Source: Mesorhizobium sp. WSM3859
Lineage (GTDB): Bacteria > Pseudomonadota > Alphaproteobacteria > Rhizobiales > Rhizobiaceae
NCBI RefSeq assembly: GCF_002295065.1
Contig: NZ_NSGG01000001.1
Location: 270,553-334,552, forward strand
Reading direction: 5' to 3'
DNA: 64,000 nt
This document shows, in pieces, positions 49,528-59,483 of this stretch (positions within the stretch are counted from its first letter, which is position 1; every line of letters starts with the position of its first letter). The position numbers were made by a program, and so were the translations under genes. Below the pieces are notes generated by a model. It was not told where the DNA came from and did no database searches. It saw only the letters and a program-made list of their open reading frames with translations.

Positions 49528-50144
49528 CAGCCCCTGCCTCTCAAGTCGATCATCGGGCCGATGGTCGATTTCTGCGCCAGCGGCCCCCCGCGCCAGAGAT
49601 AGAGCGCCATCAGCGGTTCCTTGCCGGTGCGCATGGCATGGCTGACATTCGATGCGTGGTGAATCACCTCGCCGGCATCGCGGACATGAAAACTCCCCTC
49701 GCCCATTCGCCACTCCGTGCCGCCGGTCAGGGGGATATAAATCTCCTCGGCGATGTGGTGGTGGTCGGGATAGACGATGTTCGGACCGAGGATCACCAGG
49801 CCGCCCGCGACCTCGCCATTGACGAAATGCCCGCGCGTGCCGAACACTTCCAGCCAGCCGTAACTTTCGATGAAACCATGCCCGAAATCGGCGGCGCTAT
49901 AGGTCTGCCCCCAGCGCAGCTCATCCCGATGATCGGCAACGAACCGCGCCAGCGGCTTGGCGTCGGCCGGCGCAAGCTCGGCGATACGATCGAGATGGCC
50001 GAGGCAGGCTAGCGCGCGCGGCTCAAGAGGACGGGCAGGCATATCCCAGCCGATGCGCGCGACTTCGTCTGCGACCAGGTCGTTGTCGACGCAGGCTAGA
50101 TTGGCGTGGAATCGCTCCAGCAATTCCTCGAAAATTGGCGGCAC
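49527..50144 (-). CDS. cupin-fold protein, possibly DMSP-lyase (DddL/DddQ) family
   Basis: 205 aa. A His-rich cupin motif 1 (PDHHHIAEEIYIPLTGG) and motif 2 (GEVIHHASNVSHAMRTG) are present. The stop/start region overlaps the cobQ start by 1 nt. Confidence 0.5.
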   Translation of the reverse strand: MPPIFEELLERFHANLACVDNDLVADEVARIGWDMPARPLEPRALACLGHLDRIAELAPADAKPLARFVADHRDELRWGQTYSAADFGHGFIESYGWLEVFGTRGHFVNGEVAGGLVILGPNIVYPDHHHIAEEIYIPLTGGTEWRMGEGSFHVRDAGEVIHHASNVSHAMRTGKEPLMALYLWRGGPLAQKSTIGPMIDLRGRG

Positions 50145-50283
50145 GCAAGAGCTCCGTTAGTCATTCCATGCACAGCCGGTTCTCAGCGTCCCGGGTTGCG
50201 CGGCGGCATCATTGGTCTAGATTGAACGGCGCGCAAAGCCAAAAACGACAGGCCAGAAGGCCTGAAACGACAGGGAGCACGCC

Positions 50284-51450
50284 ATGGACGCGGCAGTCGA
50301 TGCGGGCACTGACCAATTCGAACTCACCGAGGAACAGCGCGCCATCCAGGAGATGGCTGAGGCCTTCGCGGCGGACCGCGTCGCGCCGAACGCGCTCGAC
50401 TGGGACAAGGCAAAGCATTTCCCCGCCGATGTGATCCGCGAGACCGGCCCCCTCGGCCTCGGCGGCATCTATGTGCGCGACGATGTCGGTGGCTCTGCGC
50501 TTGGCCGGCTCGATGCCGTGCTGATCTTCGAGGCGCTTGCCCATGCCGACCCGACTTTTTCCTCCTTCATTTCCATCCACAACATGGCGGCCTCGATGAT
50601 CGACCGCTTCGGCTCGGACGAGCAGCGCCAGCGGTTCCTGCCGAAACTGACGTCGATGGAGTGGCTGGCGAGCTATTGCCTGACCGAGCCCGGCTCCGGC
50701 TCGGATGCCGCCGCACTGAAGACGCGCGCGGTGAAGAGCGGCGGCGACTATGTCCTCAACGGCGCCAAGCAGTTCATTTCCGGCGCCGGCGACAGCGACC
50801 TCTATGTTGTGATGGCGCGCACCGGCGGTGACGGCCCGAAAGGCATCTCGACCTTTGTCGTGCCCAAGGACGCGTCGGGCCTCTCCTTCGGCGCCAACGA
50901 GCACAAGATGGGCTGGCACATGCAATCGACCCGCCAGGTCATCTTCGAGGATTGCAAGGTGCCGGCAGAAAACCTGCTTGCCACGGAAGGGGCCGGCTTC
51001 GGCATCGCCATGGCCGGGCTCGACGGCGGCCGCCTCAACATTGCCGCCTGCTCGCTCGGCGGCGCGCAGGCGGCGCTCGACAAGGCGCTCGCCTATACGG
51101 CCGAGCGCAAGGCCTTCGGCTCCAAGATCAACCAGTTCCAGGCGCTGCAGTTCAGGCTGGCCGACATGGAAACGGAGTTGCAGGCGGCTCGCATCTTCCT
51201 CTACGCCGCCGCCTCGAAGCTCGACCGCAAGGCGCCGGACGCCGGCAAATGGTCGGCGATGGCCAAGCGCTTCGTCACCGATATCGGCTTCGACGTTGCG
51301 AACGAGGCGCTGCAGCTGCATGGCGGCTACGGCTATCTGCACGATTACGGCATCGAGAAGCTGGTGCGGGATCTGCGCGTCCACCAGATCCTCGAAGGCA
51401 CCAACGAGATCATGCGCGTCATCATCGCGCGGGCGCTGATTGGGCGATAA
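50284..51450 (+). CDS. acyl-CoA dehydrogenase (isobutyryl-/branched short-chain type)
   Basis: 388 aa with ACAD N, M and C domains and the catalytic Glu region near the C-terminus (ILEGTNEIMR). Confidence 0.85.
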   Translation: MDAAVDAGTDQFELTEEQRAIQEMAEAFAADRVAPNALDWDKAKHFPADVIRETGPLGLGGIYVRDDVGGSALGRLDAVLIFEALAHADPTFSSFISIHNMAASMIDRFGSDEQRQRFLPKLTSMEWLASYCLTEPGSGSDAAALKTRAVKSGGDYVLNGAKQFISGAGDSDLYVVMARTGGDGPKGISTFVVPKDASGLSFGANEHKMGWHMQSTRQVIFEDCKVPAENLLATEGAGFGIAMAGLDGGRLNIAACSLGGAQAALDKALAYTAERKAFGSKINQFQALQFRLADMETELQAARIFLYAAASKLDRKAPDAGKWSAMAKRFVTDIGFDVANEALQLHGGYGYLHDYGIEKLVRDLRVHQILEGTNEIMRVIIARALIGR

Positions 51451-51454
51451 GGGA

Positions 51455-51488
<34 letters not shown>

Positions 51489-51491
51489 AAG

Positions 51492-51860
51492 ATGACCGGC
51501 AAGATCAACTCATACAAGGATTTGATCGTCTGGCAGCAAGCCATGGATTTGGCCGTCGCTACCTACTCCTTGACCAAGGCATGGCCGAGAGAGGAATTGT
51601 ATGGGCTGACCAGCCAAATCCGCCGCTCAGCCACATCTATCCCCGCAAACATTGCGGAAGGTTACGGGCGAGATAACACCGGTTCCTATCAGCAGTTTCT
51701 CAGGATAGCGCAGGGCTCTCTAAAGGAGCTCGAGACGCACCTCCAGATCGCTGAACGCATCGGCCTGGCCACTCACGACCAGGTTCATCATATGCTGTCA
51801 GCCACAGAAGCCATCGGAAAAATGCTTCGCCAGCTTATTATTAGACTCGCACCTGAATAG
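51492..51860 (+). CDS. four-helix-bundle protein (23S rRNA intervening-sequence protein / Avd-like family, TIGR02436)
   Basis: 122 aa. The family signature is present (LIVWQQAMDLAVATYSLTKAWPREELYGLTSQIRRSATSIPANIAEGYGR ... GSLKELETHLQIAERIG). A GGGAAAG RBS is present. GC is lower than in the flanking genes. Confidence 0.8.
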   Translation: MTGKINSYKDLIVWQQAMDLAVATYSLTKAWPREELYGLTSQIRRSATSIPANIAEGYGRDNTGSYQQFLRIAQGSLKELETHLQIAERIGLATHDQVHHMLSATEAIGKMLRQLIIRLAPE

Positions 51861-51863
51861 ACC

Positions 51864-51917
<54 letters not shown>

Positions 51918-51934
51918 ACCCTGGGAGCACCACT

Positions 51935-52819
51935 ATGGCAACCATCGCCTTCATCGGCCTCGGCAACATGGGGAATCCCATGGCTGCCAATCTCGTAAAA
52001 GCTGGCCACGCTGTGCTGGGCTTCGACCTCATGCCCGAGAACCTTACAGTCGCGAAAGAGCATGGTGTGACAGTCATGGCGAATGCCGTCGCCGCGGTGA
52101 AGGACGCCGATGTGGTGATTACCATGCTGCCCGCTGGCAAGCATGTGCTGTCGGTTTACGAAGACATTGCGCCCAAGGCAAAGAAAGGCGCGCTGTTCAT
52201 CGATTCCTCGACCATCGATGTCGAATCGGCACGCAAGGCGCATGCGATTGCCGCCAGGCACGGCCTGCCCTCGATCGACGCCCCGGTCTCTGGCGGCACC
52301 GGAGGCGCCACGGCCGGCACCCTCACTTTCATGGCCGGCGGTTCCGACGAGGCCTTTGCCACCGCCGAGCCGATCCTGAAGCCGATGGCCGGGCGCATCG
52401 TCCATTGCGGCGGCGACGGCGCCGGCCAGGCGGCCAAGATCTGCAACAACATGATTCTCGGCATCTCGATGATCGGCGTCGCCGAAGCCTTTGTGCTGGC
52501 CGAAAAGCTCGGTCTGTCGCACCAGGCGCTGTTCGACGTCGCCTCCACCTCTTCCGGCCAGTGCTGGTCGCTGACCACCTATTGCCCGGTGCCCGGCCCC
52601 GTGCCGGCATCGCCGGCCAATCGCGACTACAAGCCGGGCTTTGCCGCCGCGCTCATGCTGAAGGACCTGAAACTGTCGCAGGAAGCCGCGCAGAGCGCGG
52701 GCGCGGTGACGCCTCTCGGCGCCGAAGCCACGCAGCTTTATGCGCTGTTCAACGCGCAAGGGCATGCTGGCGTCGATTTTTCCGGCATCATAAATTTCTT
52801 GCGCGGCGATAAAAGCTAA
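51935..52819 (+). CDS. mmsB: 3-hydroxyisobutyrate dehydrogenase
   Basis: 294 aa. The N-terminal Rossmann motif ([17 protein letters not shown]) and the HIBADH family signature are present. A GGGAG RBS is present. Confidence 0.85.
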   Translation: MATIAFIGLGNMGNPMAANLVKAGHAVLGFDLMPENLTVAKEHGVTVMANAVAAVKDADVVITMLPAGKHVLSVYEDIAPKAKKGALFIDSSTIDVESARKAHAIAARHGLPSIDAPVSGGTGGATAGTLTFMAGGSDEAFATAEPILKPMAGRIVHCGGDGAGQAAKICNNMILGISMIGVAEAFVLAEKLGLSHQALFDVASTSSGQCWSLTTYCPVPGPVPASPANRDYKPGFAAALMLKDLKLSQEAAQSAGAVTPLGAEATQLYALFNAQGHAGVDFSGIINFLRGDKS

Positions 52820-53142
52820 GCGACTGCTTTCGAACGGTTATTAGCGCATTTTTTCGACCCAGAGCCGGCAAATTTAGATTTGCTTAAGGTCTCGCTAACT
52901 CACCGGTAACGATGTGCCTTTAAAACGGATTGCGAGGCGGACAACGCGTCCGCCCGGCGCTCCGGATCAGGTCTCGCGTACCGGAGCCCGTAAGTTTCGC
53001 AAGTATTCTTGTCGCGAAACGCCATGCGTATCTGGCAAAGCCGCGTTCCCGTTGGGGCGCGGTTTTTGCGTTTTGGAGACATCACACGAAACGTCCAGGA
53101 GTGGACCGGGCGCCCCTTGAGGAGCGCCCGGACAAGATCCCC

Positions 53143-54522
53143 TCAGCGCTTCCGCAAATCGGCGTCCGCGAGATCGAGCGCCTTCGCAATACGCTCACAA
53201 GCCATGTCGATCGTGTCGCGCGTCCAGATCAGCGGCGGCGAGAGAATCATCGTGTCGCCGGTGGCGCGCAGCATCATGTCGTTCGCGATCGCATGGTCGC
53301 GCACCACGACCGCCGCACTTCCCGACGGCAGATAGCGTTCCTTGGTCGCCTTGTCCTTGACGATCTCGATCGCGCCCATGAGGCCGATCGAACGGACCTC
53401 GCCGACCAGTCTGTGGCCGGCGATCCGCTCCTGCAGCGCCTGCGCGAAATACGGCCCGGTGTCATTCTTGACGCGCTCGACCAGCCCTTCCTTCTCGATG
53501 ATCTCGAGGTTCTTGAGCGCCACCGCGCAGGCCACCGGATGACCGGAATAGGTGTAGCCGTGATAGAACTCGCCGCCCTTTTCCACCAGCGTGCTCGCGA
53601 CGCGGTCGCCGACCAGCAGCGCCGACAGCGGCTGGTAGCCCGAGGTGAGCGCCTTGGCGGTGGTGATGGTATCGGGCTCGATGCCGAAAGTCTGCGCCGC
53701 GAACCATTCGCCGGTGCGGCCATAGCCGGTGATGACCTCGTCCAGCATCAGCAGCACATCGTATTTGCGGCAGATGCGCTCGACTTCGGGCCAGTAGCTC
53801 ATCGGCGGGATTTTTACCCCACCTGCGCCCATCACCGGCTCGCCGATAAAGGCGGCGACCTTGTCGGCGCCGGCTTCGAGGATCGCGTCCTCGACCGCCT
53901 TCGCCGCACGGATGCCGAAATCATGGTCGCTTTCGCCCGGCAGCGCCAGCTCATAGGCATAGGGCATCATCACATGGACGATGTTCGGCACCGCGCCGCC
54001 GAGTTGCTTGTGCATCGGTTCCATGCCGCCCAGCGACGTGCCGGCGATCGTCGAGCCGTGATAGGCCGACTTGCGCGAGATGATGCGGTTCTTCTCGGGC
54101 TTGCCTTCGAGTGCCCAGTAGTGGCGCACGAGCCTGAGCGCCGTGTCGTTGGCCTCCGAGCCGGACGAGCCGTAAAAAACCTGGCTGACATGCGTGGGCG
54201 CAAGCTCCGCCAGCTTCTTCGACAACAGCACCGGCGTCGGCGTCGAGCATTTGAAGAAGGAGTTGTAGTAAGGCAGCTCCTTCATCTGCGCGTAAGCCGC
54301 CTCGGCCAGCTCATCACGGCCGTATCCGACATTGACGCACCAAAGGCCCGCCATGCCGTCGAGGATCTCCGTGCCGTCGGCATCGTAGATGAACGGACCC
54401 TTGGCATGGGTGATGATGCGCGAGCCCGCCTCGCGCAGCTCCTTGTGGTCGGTGAAGGGGTGAAGGTGATGCGCGGCGTCGATCTGCTGAAGCTGCTTCA
54501 GCGAATAATTCTGATAGGTCAT
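53143..54522 (-). CDS. class III (omega) aminotransferase, beta-alanine/3-aminoisobutyrate--pyruvate transaminase-like
   Basis: 459 aa. The PLP lysine context is present (DEVITGYGRTGEWFA ... TTAKALTSGY). The antisense ORF 52930..54543 (+) is rejected. Confidence 0.8.
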   Translation of the reverse strand: MTYQNYSLKQLQQIDAAHHLHPFTDHKELREAGSRIITHAKGPFIYDADGTEILDGMAGLWCVNVGYGRDELAEAAYAQMKELPYYNSFFKCSTPTPVLLSKKLAELAPTHVSQVFYGSSGSEANDTALRLVRHYWALEGKPEKNRIISRKSAYHGSTIAGTSLGGMEPMHKQLGGAVPNIVHVMMPYAYELALPGESDHDFGIRAAKAVEDAILEAGADKVAAFIGEPVMGAGGVKIPPMSYWPEVERICRKYDVLLMLDEVITGYGRTGEWFAAQTFGIEPDTITTAKALTSGYQPLSALLVGDRVASTLVEKGGEFYHGYTYSGHPVACAVALKNLEIIEKEGLVERVKNDTGPYFAQALQERIAGHRLVGEVRSIGLMGAIEIVKDKATKERYLPSGSAAVVVRDHAIANDMMLRATGDTMILSPPLIWTRDTIDMACERIAKALDLADADLRKR

Positions 54523-54834
54523 GGATTTGATCTTTCCTCTTGAATCAATCCGGCAACGGCCGGGGCGGATTCGTCAGAGGAAGGCGGGCGGCGAATAGCC
54601 GATGCGGGCGCACAGTCGCAACAGCTCGGCGCGAAGGGTCCGCGGTGACGGCGTCACCGCGACCCCGAAGGCGCCTGAAGTGTTGAAGCGGATCATGGCG
54701 GCAGCTTATGCCGCCTGAGGCCCAAAATTCAAGCCGTGAGGGCCAGGATGGCGAGGCAATCGTTTCAGACAAGATTTGTGATTTTATCCGGCGGAGACCG
54801 CTAATCGTCCACGCCGGCGCCGCCCCTCATCGCC

Positions 54835-54995
54835 CTGCCGGGCACTTCTCCCCGTATAGTGACGGGGAGAAGGGGCTGGCCGCAACGCCGGCACCTTTCC
54901 TCAACGGCGGCGATTGGCGAAATCGCCGAAGAGAGCGCCCCTCTCCCCGTCACTATACAGGGAGAGGATGCCGGCAGGCAGGTGAGGGGCAGCGC
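54835..54995. repeat. composite palindromic repeat element: two copies of a 22-bp unit in inverted orientation (CTCCCCGTATAGTGACGGGGAG / CTCCCCGTCACTATACAGGGAG), each itself a hairpin, embedded in about 45-bp outer inverted arms (GCCCTGCCGGGCAC ... TGCCGGCAGGCAGG)
   Basis: It was seen directly in the intergenic region between the aminotransferase and prolyl oligopeptidase genes. It is REP/RIME-like. Confidence 0.6.
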
Positions 54996-55047
54996 CAGCG
55001 GTTTGACAGGTCGCGGACAAGTTCGAAACCTGAAGCGATTTTCCTGG

Positions 55048-57129
55048 TCAGGCGACGCCGCCGAGCGACCGCTTGAGGAACATATAGCGCATCGCCGTCT
55101 GCGCCGCCTGCGGCCGGCGGTCGCCGCGCCCGCCATGGCCGCCTTCGGTCTCCTCGAAGAACAGCGTCCGGCCATGGCCCGCCTCCTGCAGCCGCGCCGC
55201 CATCTTGCGCGCATGCCCGGGATGGACGCGGTCGTCGGCGGTCGAGGTCATCAGCAGTACCGGCGGATAGGCGACATTCGCCTCGACGTGCTGGTAGGGC
55301 GAATAGGCGGCGAGCCATGCCGCCTCCTCCGGCTTCGACGGGTCGCCATATTCGGCGATCCAAGAGGCGCCGGGCGGCAATTCGGTGTAGCGCAGCATGT
55401 CGAGCAGCGGCACGTCGATGATGACGGCGCCGAACAATTCCGGCCGCTGCGTCAGCGACGTGCCGGTAAGCAGGCCGCCATTCGAACCGCCCTGAATGCC
55501 GAGCTGCGCCGCCGTGGTGATGCCGCGCTTGACGACATCCTCGGCCACCGCCGCGAAATCGTCGAAGGCGTTCTGGCGCTTGCCTTTCAGCGCCGCCTGG
55601 TGCCAGGCCGGACCGAACTCGCCGCCGCCGCGGATGTTGGCCTGGATATAGGCGTTGCCCTTGTCCAGCCAGAGCTTGCCCCGAATGCCGGCATAGCCGG
55701 GCAGCAGCGGCACTTCAAAACCGCCATAGCCATACAGCAGCGCCCGCACAGGTCCGTTGTGGTCGCGGCGCCTGACCACGAAATACGGGATCATCGTGCC
55801 GTCCTTCGAGCGGGCCTCGAACTGCTCTGAAACATAAGGCGAGGCATCGAAGCGGGCCGGCTGCGACTTCACGGTTTCAAGCGTCTCGCCACTGTCGTCC
55901 GACCAGATGATCGAGCTCGGCGTCAGGAAATCGGTGAACGAGAAAGACACGCTCGAACCGAAATGCTCGGCATGGCCGATGCCGACATTGCCGTTGTCGG
56001 GCAATGCCACCGGCTTGAGCGACCAGCCATCGGCGGTGCGGTCGCAGGCGACGACCTTGCCGCGCACATTGTCCATCAGGTTGATGAACAGCCGGTCCTG
56101 CGTCCTGGCGAGCCCCGCGATCGAAACACGATGCGCCGGCGCAAGCACGGTTTCGAACGGACCGAACTCACCGTGCTCGATCCAGCGATCGAAATCGACC
56201 GAGTAGAGCCCGTCGGGCAGGCATTGCGTGCCGTCGGGCGCCGTCCACGGGCTGCGCACGCCGAAGATCAGCTGGCCTTTGAAGATCGCGGTGTCGGTGG
56301 CGTCGTCCGGCAGCGGAATGCGCCGGTTCTCGCCGGAAGCCAGCCGCAGGAAGCTGTGCGAGGTGAAGAAGGCGAGCGTCTTGCCGAGCAGCACATGCCG
56401 CTTGTCGCCGTCATATTCGACACCGCCGCCGACCGCGAGATGCTGCTTCTCGCCTTCGAAGATCGGCGTTGCCTCCTCAAGCTTCGTGCCGCGCCGCCAG
56501 AGTTTTATGACGCGCGGATAGCCGGACTGTGTCTTGTCTTCCTCTTCGAAAGCCGCCGAGACAAGCACCGTGTCCTTGTCCAGCCAGGAAAAGCCCGACT
56601 TGGACGCCGGAGCGCGAAACCCGCCCTCGACAAAGGACCTCGTGGCGACGTCGAACTCGCGCATCTCGCTGGCGTCGCCGCCATCCGGCGACATGTAGAG
56701 CAGGCAGCGGTCGAAATCGGGATAGAGCCGGCTCGCCCCGCCGAACACCCATTTGATGCCTTCCTTCGCCGAGAGCTGGTCGAAGTCGATGATCGTTTCC
56801 CACTCCGGCTTGTCGGTCTTGTAGGAACCGACAGGCGTGCGCCGCCACAGGCCCAGCGCATTGGTCTTGTCCTGCCAGAAATTATAGACGTATCCGGCAA
56901 GCGCTGCCCCGACCGGCATATTGTCCTCGGCGGTCATCAAGTCGAGCGCGGTCTCGAAGGTGGCCTGATAGGAAGGATCGCCCTGCAATTCGGCGACGGT
57001 CAGCGCATTCTGGCGATGAACCCAGTCGAGCGCTTCCTTGCCGTTGCGATCCTCCAGCCAGAGGAAAGGATCGTCAGCCGTCGACTCAGGCTGGGTTTTG
57101 GTCATCGTGCTGGTCATGCGGGTCTCCAT
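55048..57129 (-). CDS. prolyl oligopeptidase family (S9A) serine peptidase
   Basis: About 690 aa with an N-terminal beta-propeller and a C-terminal alpha/beta hydrolase carrying a GGSNGG nucleophile elbow. Confidence 0.8.
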   Translation of the reverse strand: METRMTSTMTKTQPESTADDPFLWLEDRNGKEALDWVHRQNALTVAELQGDPSYQATFETALDLMTAEDNMPVGAALAGYVYNFWQDKTNALGLWRRTPVGSYKTDKPEWETIIDFDQLSAKEGIKWVFGGASRLYPDFDRCLLYMSPDGGDASEMREFDVATRSFVEGGFRAPASKSGFSWLDKDTVLVSAAFEEEDKTQSGYPRVIKLWRRGTKLEEATPIFEGEKQHLAVGGGVEYDGDKRHVLLGKTLAFFTSHSFLRLASGENRRIPLPDDATDTAIFKGQLIFGVRSPWTAPDGTQCLPDGLYSVDFDRWIEHGEFGPFETVLAPAHRVSIAGLARTQDRLFINLMDNVRGKVVACDRTADGWSLKPVALPDNGNVGIGHAEHFGSSVSFSFTDFLTPSSIIWSDDSGETLETVKSQPARFDASPYVSEQFEARSKDGTMIPYFVVRRRDHNGPVRALLYGYGGFEVPLLPGYAGIRGKLWLDKGNAYIQANIRGGGEFGPAWHQAALKGKRQNAFDDFAAVAEDVVKRGITTAAQLGIQGGSNGGLLTGTSLTQRPELFGAVIIDVPLLDMLRYTELPPGASWIAEYGDPSKPEEAAWLAAYSPYQHVEANVAYPPVLLMTSTADDRVHPGHARKMAARLQEAGHGRTLFFEETEGGHGGRGDRRPQAAQTAMRYMFLKRSLGGVA

Positions 57130-57190
57130 CTGGCGGCCCGGCCTACATCGCGTTCGCTGCTTGGATATTCAAGAGCCTTGGCGAGATCGG

Positions 57191-58351
57191 TCACAAAACC
57201 CGCCGGCGCACGACCGTCGCCACCGCCAGGGCGGCGCAAATTACGCCCAGCGTGACCGGCAGGCCTGGGGCGCCGATGACATCCATCACGCCGCCGGTGA
57301 GCGGCGGCACGATGATGCCGCCGAGGCCCCACATCAGCGAGAAGGCGGCATTGCCGGCCACCAGCGCCGAGCCGGTGAACCGTTCGCCGAGCTCGATGAT
57401 CGACATCGTGTAGATGCCGTAGGAAACGGCGCCCCAGACAAAGACGCAGACCCAGATCAGCGGCGTCTCGATCAGCGCGGGCAGGAGCACGCAGCCAAGG
57501 ATGGTCACGACCACGCAGCCGAAGCGCACCAGGCGCGCCGTCAGCCTTTCGGCGAGCAGGCCGAGTGGCACCTGCATGGCGATGTTGCCGGCGATCATCA
57601 CCGACAGCAGCGCCGACATGCGCGCCTCGGGAATGCCGTGATGCGTTCCGTAGACCGGCAGCAGCGCCAGGATCGCCTGCTCGAAACCGGCCGCGACGAC
57701 GACCGCGGACAAAAGCAGCCAGGCCAATGGTATGAAGCCCAAGACCGAAACCTTGTTCTCGGCCTCCTCGACCTTGGGCAGCCGGCGCACGACCGCGCCC
57801 AGGCAGCCGCCGCAGAAGAGGAAGGCGCCGATACCAACCAAGAAAGGCGGCCAGCCCTCGGTGCCGACCGCGAGCAGGCAGAGCGGCCCGGCGGCGAAGC
57901 CGGCCGAGATGATGGTGGAATAGATGCCCATGACGCGGCCGCGCCGCGCCGGCGGTGCCAGCGCGATCACCCAGATTTCACTGAGCACATAAAGCGGGTT
58001 GGTCACCACGCCGATCAGGAAGCGCAGTGGGAACCACAGATAGACATTCTGCGTCCAGCCGACCAGCGCCAGCACCAGCGCCGAGAGCGCCGCGCAGGTG
58101 AGCGCGGTCCGCCCCGCCCCGAACCGGCGCGCCAATGCCGGAATTGGCGGCGAGGAAACGATGAAGCCGATCGGCGTCATCGCCGCCGACAGCCCGATCA
58201 TCGCCGGCGAAACGCCCTGCCGCTGCAGGATGAAGCTGAGCAGCGGATAGGAAAGCCCCTGCGCGATGGCGAACACCGACACGGTCGCGATCACGCCGGT
58301 GATCGCGGCCCATTGCACGTTCTCGCTGCTCTCCGAACCAGCCAGAGCCAT
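57191..58351 (-). CDS. MFS transporter
   Basis: 386 aa with 12 predicted TMS. The start is at MALAGSESS with a GGAG RBS. Confidence 0.75.
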   Translation of the reverse strand: MALAGSESSENVQWAAITGVIATVSVFAIAQGLSYPLLSFILQRQGVSPAMIGLSAAMTPIGFIVSSPPIPALARRFGAGRTALTCAALSALVLALVGWTQNVYLWFPLRFLIGVVTNPLYVLSEIWVIALAPPARRGRVMGIYSTIISAGFAAGPLCLLAVGTEGWPPFLVGIGAFLFCGGCLGAVVRRLPKVEEAENKVSVLGFIPLAWLLLSAVVVAAGFEQAILALLPVYGTHHGIPEARMSALLSVMIAGNIAMQVPLGLLAERLTARLVRFGCVVVTILGCVLLPALIETPLIWVCVFVWGAVSYGIYTMSIIELGERFTGSALVAGNAAFSLMWGLGGIIVPPLTGGVMDVIGAPGLPVTLGVICAALAVATVVRRRVL

Positions 58352-58619
58352 CGGTCCTGCTCCAATCGCTCGGAGGCTTAGCGGTTGTGGCCGGTTGCCG
58401 TAAGGCCCACAGTCGGCGAAAGCGGATGCTCCAGCCAAACCCTGTCAGGAACGTCGGCGCTGCTGAGAACGATACAAGGCGAACGCCACCAGCAGAACGT
58501 CGAGCCCGACGATGACAGTTGGCAGCCCGAGCGGCCCGATCGCCTGCATCAAGGCGCTGGCGCAGGTCGGGGCGCAAATGCCGCCGACAGCCCAGCAGCG
58601 GCTGCGGCGCTTCACCCGA

Positions 58620-59312
58620 TCATGTCAACAATTTTGCGTATCCAGCGTCGACGATCATAGTGAGATGCTTCCGACAATCCTGATATTCGGCATCGCCTTG
58701 CTGAATGCGGCCCAGTTTCGGATTGCCGATGCCAGGCCATGGCAGCAGCGCGATCGGCGCTGCAACAGGAGTGAGATTGCTGCCCGCGCCGACGGCCAGC
58801 GTCGCGAGCAATCCATAGATTTCGCCACGGATATGCGGGCGGTTCAGGATGGCGACGCGCATCTGCCCCTGGTCGTTGGTGTAAAGATAGATTTGCCCGG
58901 ATTTGCTGGGTATCGAGACCACTCCTTTTTGCGAAAACGGTGCATCCAGGCGGTCCATTTCGCGAAACGCCAGGCATTCTTGAGCCTCGTCCCAGTGGAT
59001 CTGCGTGCGATAGGCATAGATGGCACCTGCGACCTCGAAGGACGGCCGCAGCGTCAGGTAGTCTCCTTCCAGCCAAGCAACGCCGGCTTTGGCATACCCG
59101 CCCAGATCCGATCGCGAAGTCGAAACCTTGGGGACCCGGTCGCGCAGGGAAACGCCTAAGGCAGCCTCCAGCCGCACGACACTCGCGACGGTGAACGGAC
59201 GGCTGCCGTTCAGAGCCTTTTCAAGCGTCGAAATGGAGATCTTGGCGATGTCGGCCAGCATCTGACGAGACATGCGACGGCGGGCCAATTCTTCTCGAAT
59301 TCGCGCTGCCAT
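58620..59312 (-). CDS. XRE-family HTH transcriptional regulator with uncharacterised about 160-aa C-terminal domain
   Basis: 230 aa. An N-terminal HTH_XRE is present (MSRQMLADIAKISISTLEKALNGSRPFTVASVVRLEAALGVSL). GC is lower (about 59%). An alternative start lies at 59354. Confidence 0.6.
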   Translation of the reverse strand: MAARIREELARRRMSRQMLADIAKISISTLEKALNGSRPFTVASVVRLEAALGVSLRDRVPKVSTSRSDLGGYAKAGVAWLEGDYLTLRPSFEVAGAIYAYRTQIHWDEAQECLAFREMDRLDAPFSQKGVVSIPSKSGQIYLYTNDQGQMRVAILNRPHIRGEIYGLLATLAVGAGSNLTPVAAPIALLPWPGIGNPKLGRIQQGDAEYQDCRKHLTMIVDAGYAKLLT

Positions 59313-59483
59313 CGTTGCGTTCTGGCTCTCGGAGGGTTCGATATCTGGCCTCATCTCGCACCGGACAAGTCCGCACAACCGCATACATCGCGCGACCGAC
59401 AGTGCCAATCAAGACCAAACAAGACGCTGGCCTCGCGAGCACCGCGAAACGCATTGTTCGCGTCGGTAACGAGCGAAGATGCG

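Noticed and set aside
47902-49602. 566-aa plus-strand ORF and 131-aa/139-aa internal ORFs
   Set aside because: They are antisense to cobQ. The 5' part is drawn across the palindromic repeat element.
50145-50283. Possible cobalamin riboswitch upstream of the cupin-cobQ unit
   Set aside because: The intergenic region is only about 140 nt, and I could not find a B12-box-like conserved core. No call.
52930-54543. 537-aa plus-strand ORF
   Set aside because: It is antisense to the class III aminotransferase.
54859-55830. 323-aa plus-strand ORF beginning inside the palindromic repeat
   Set aside because: It starts within the REP/RIME-like element and runs antisense to the prolyl oligopeptidase gene.
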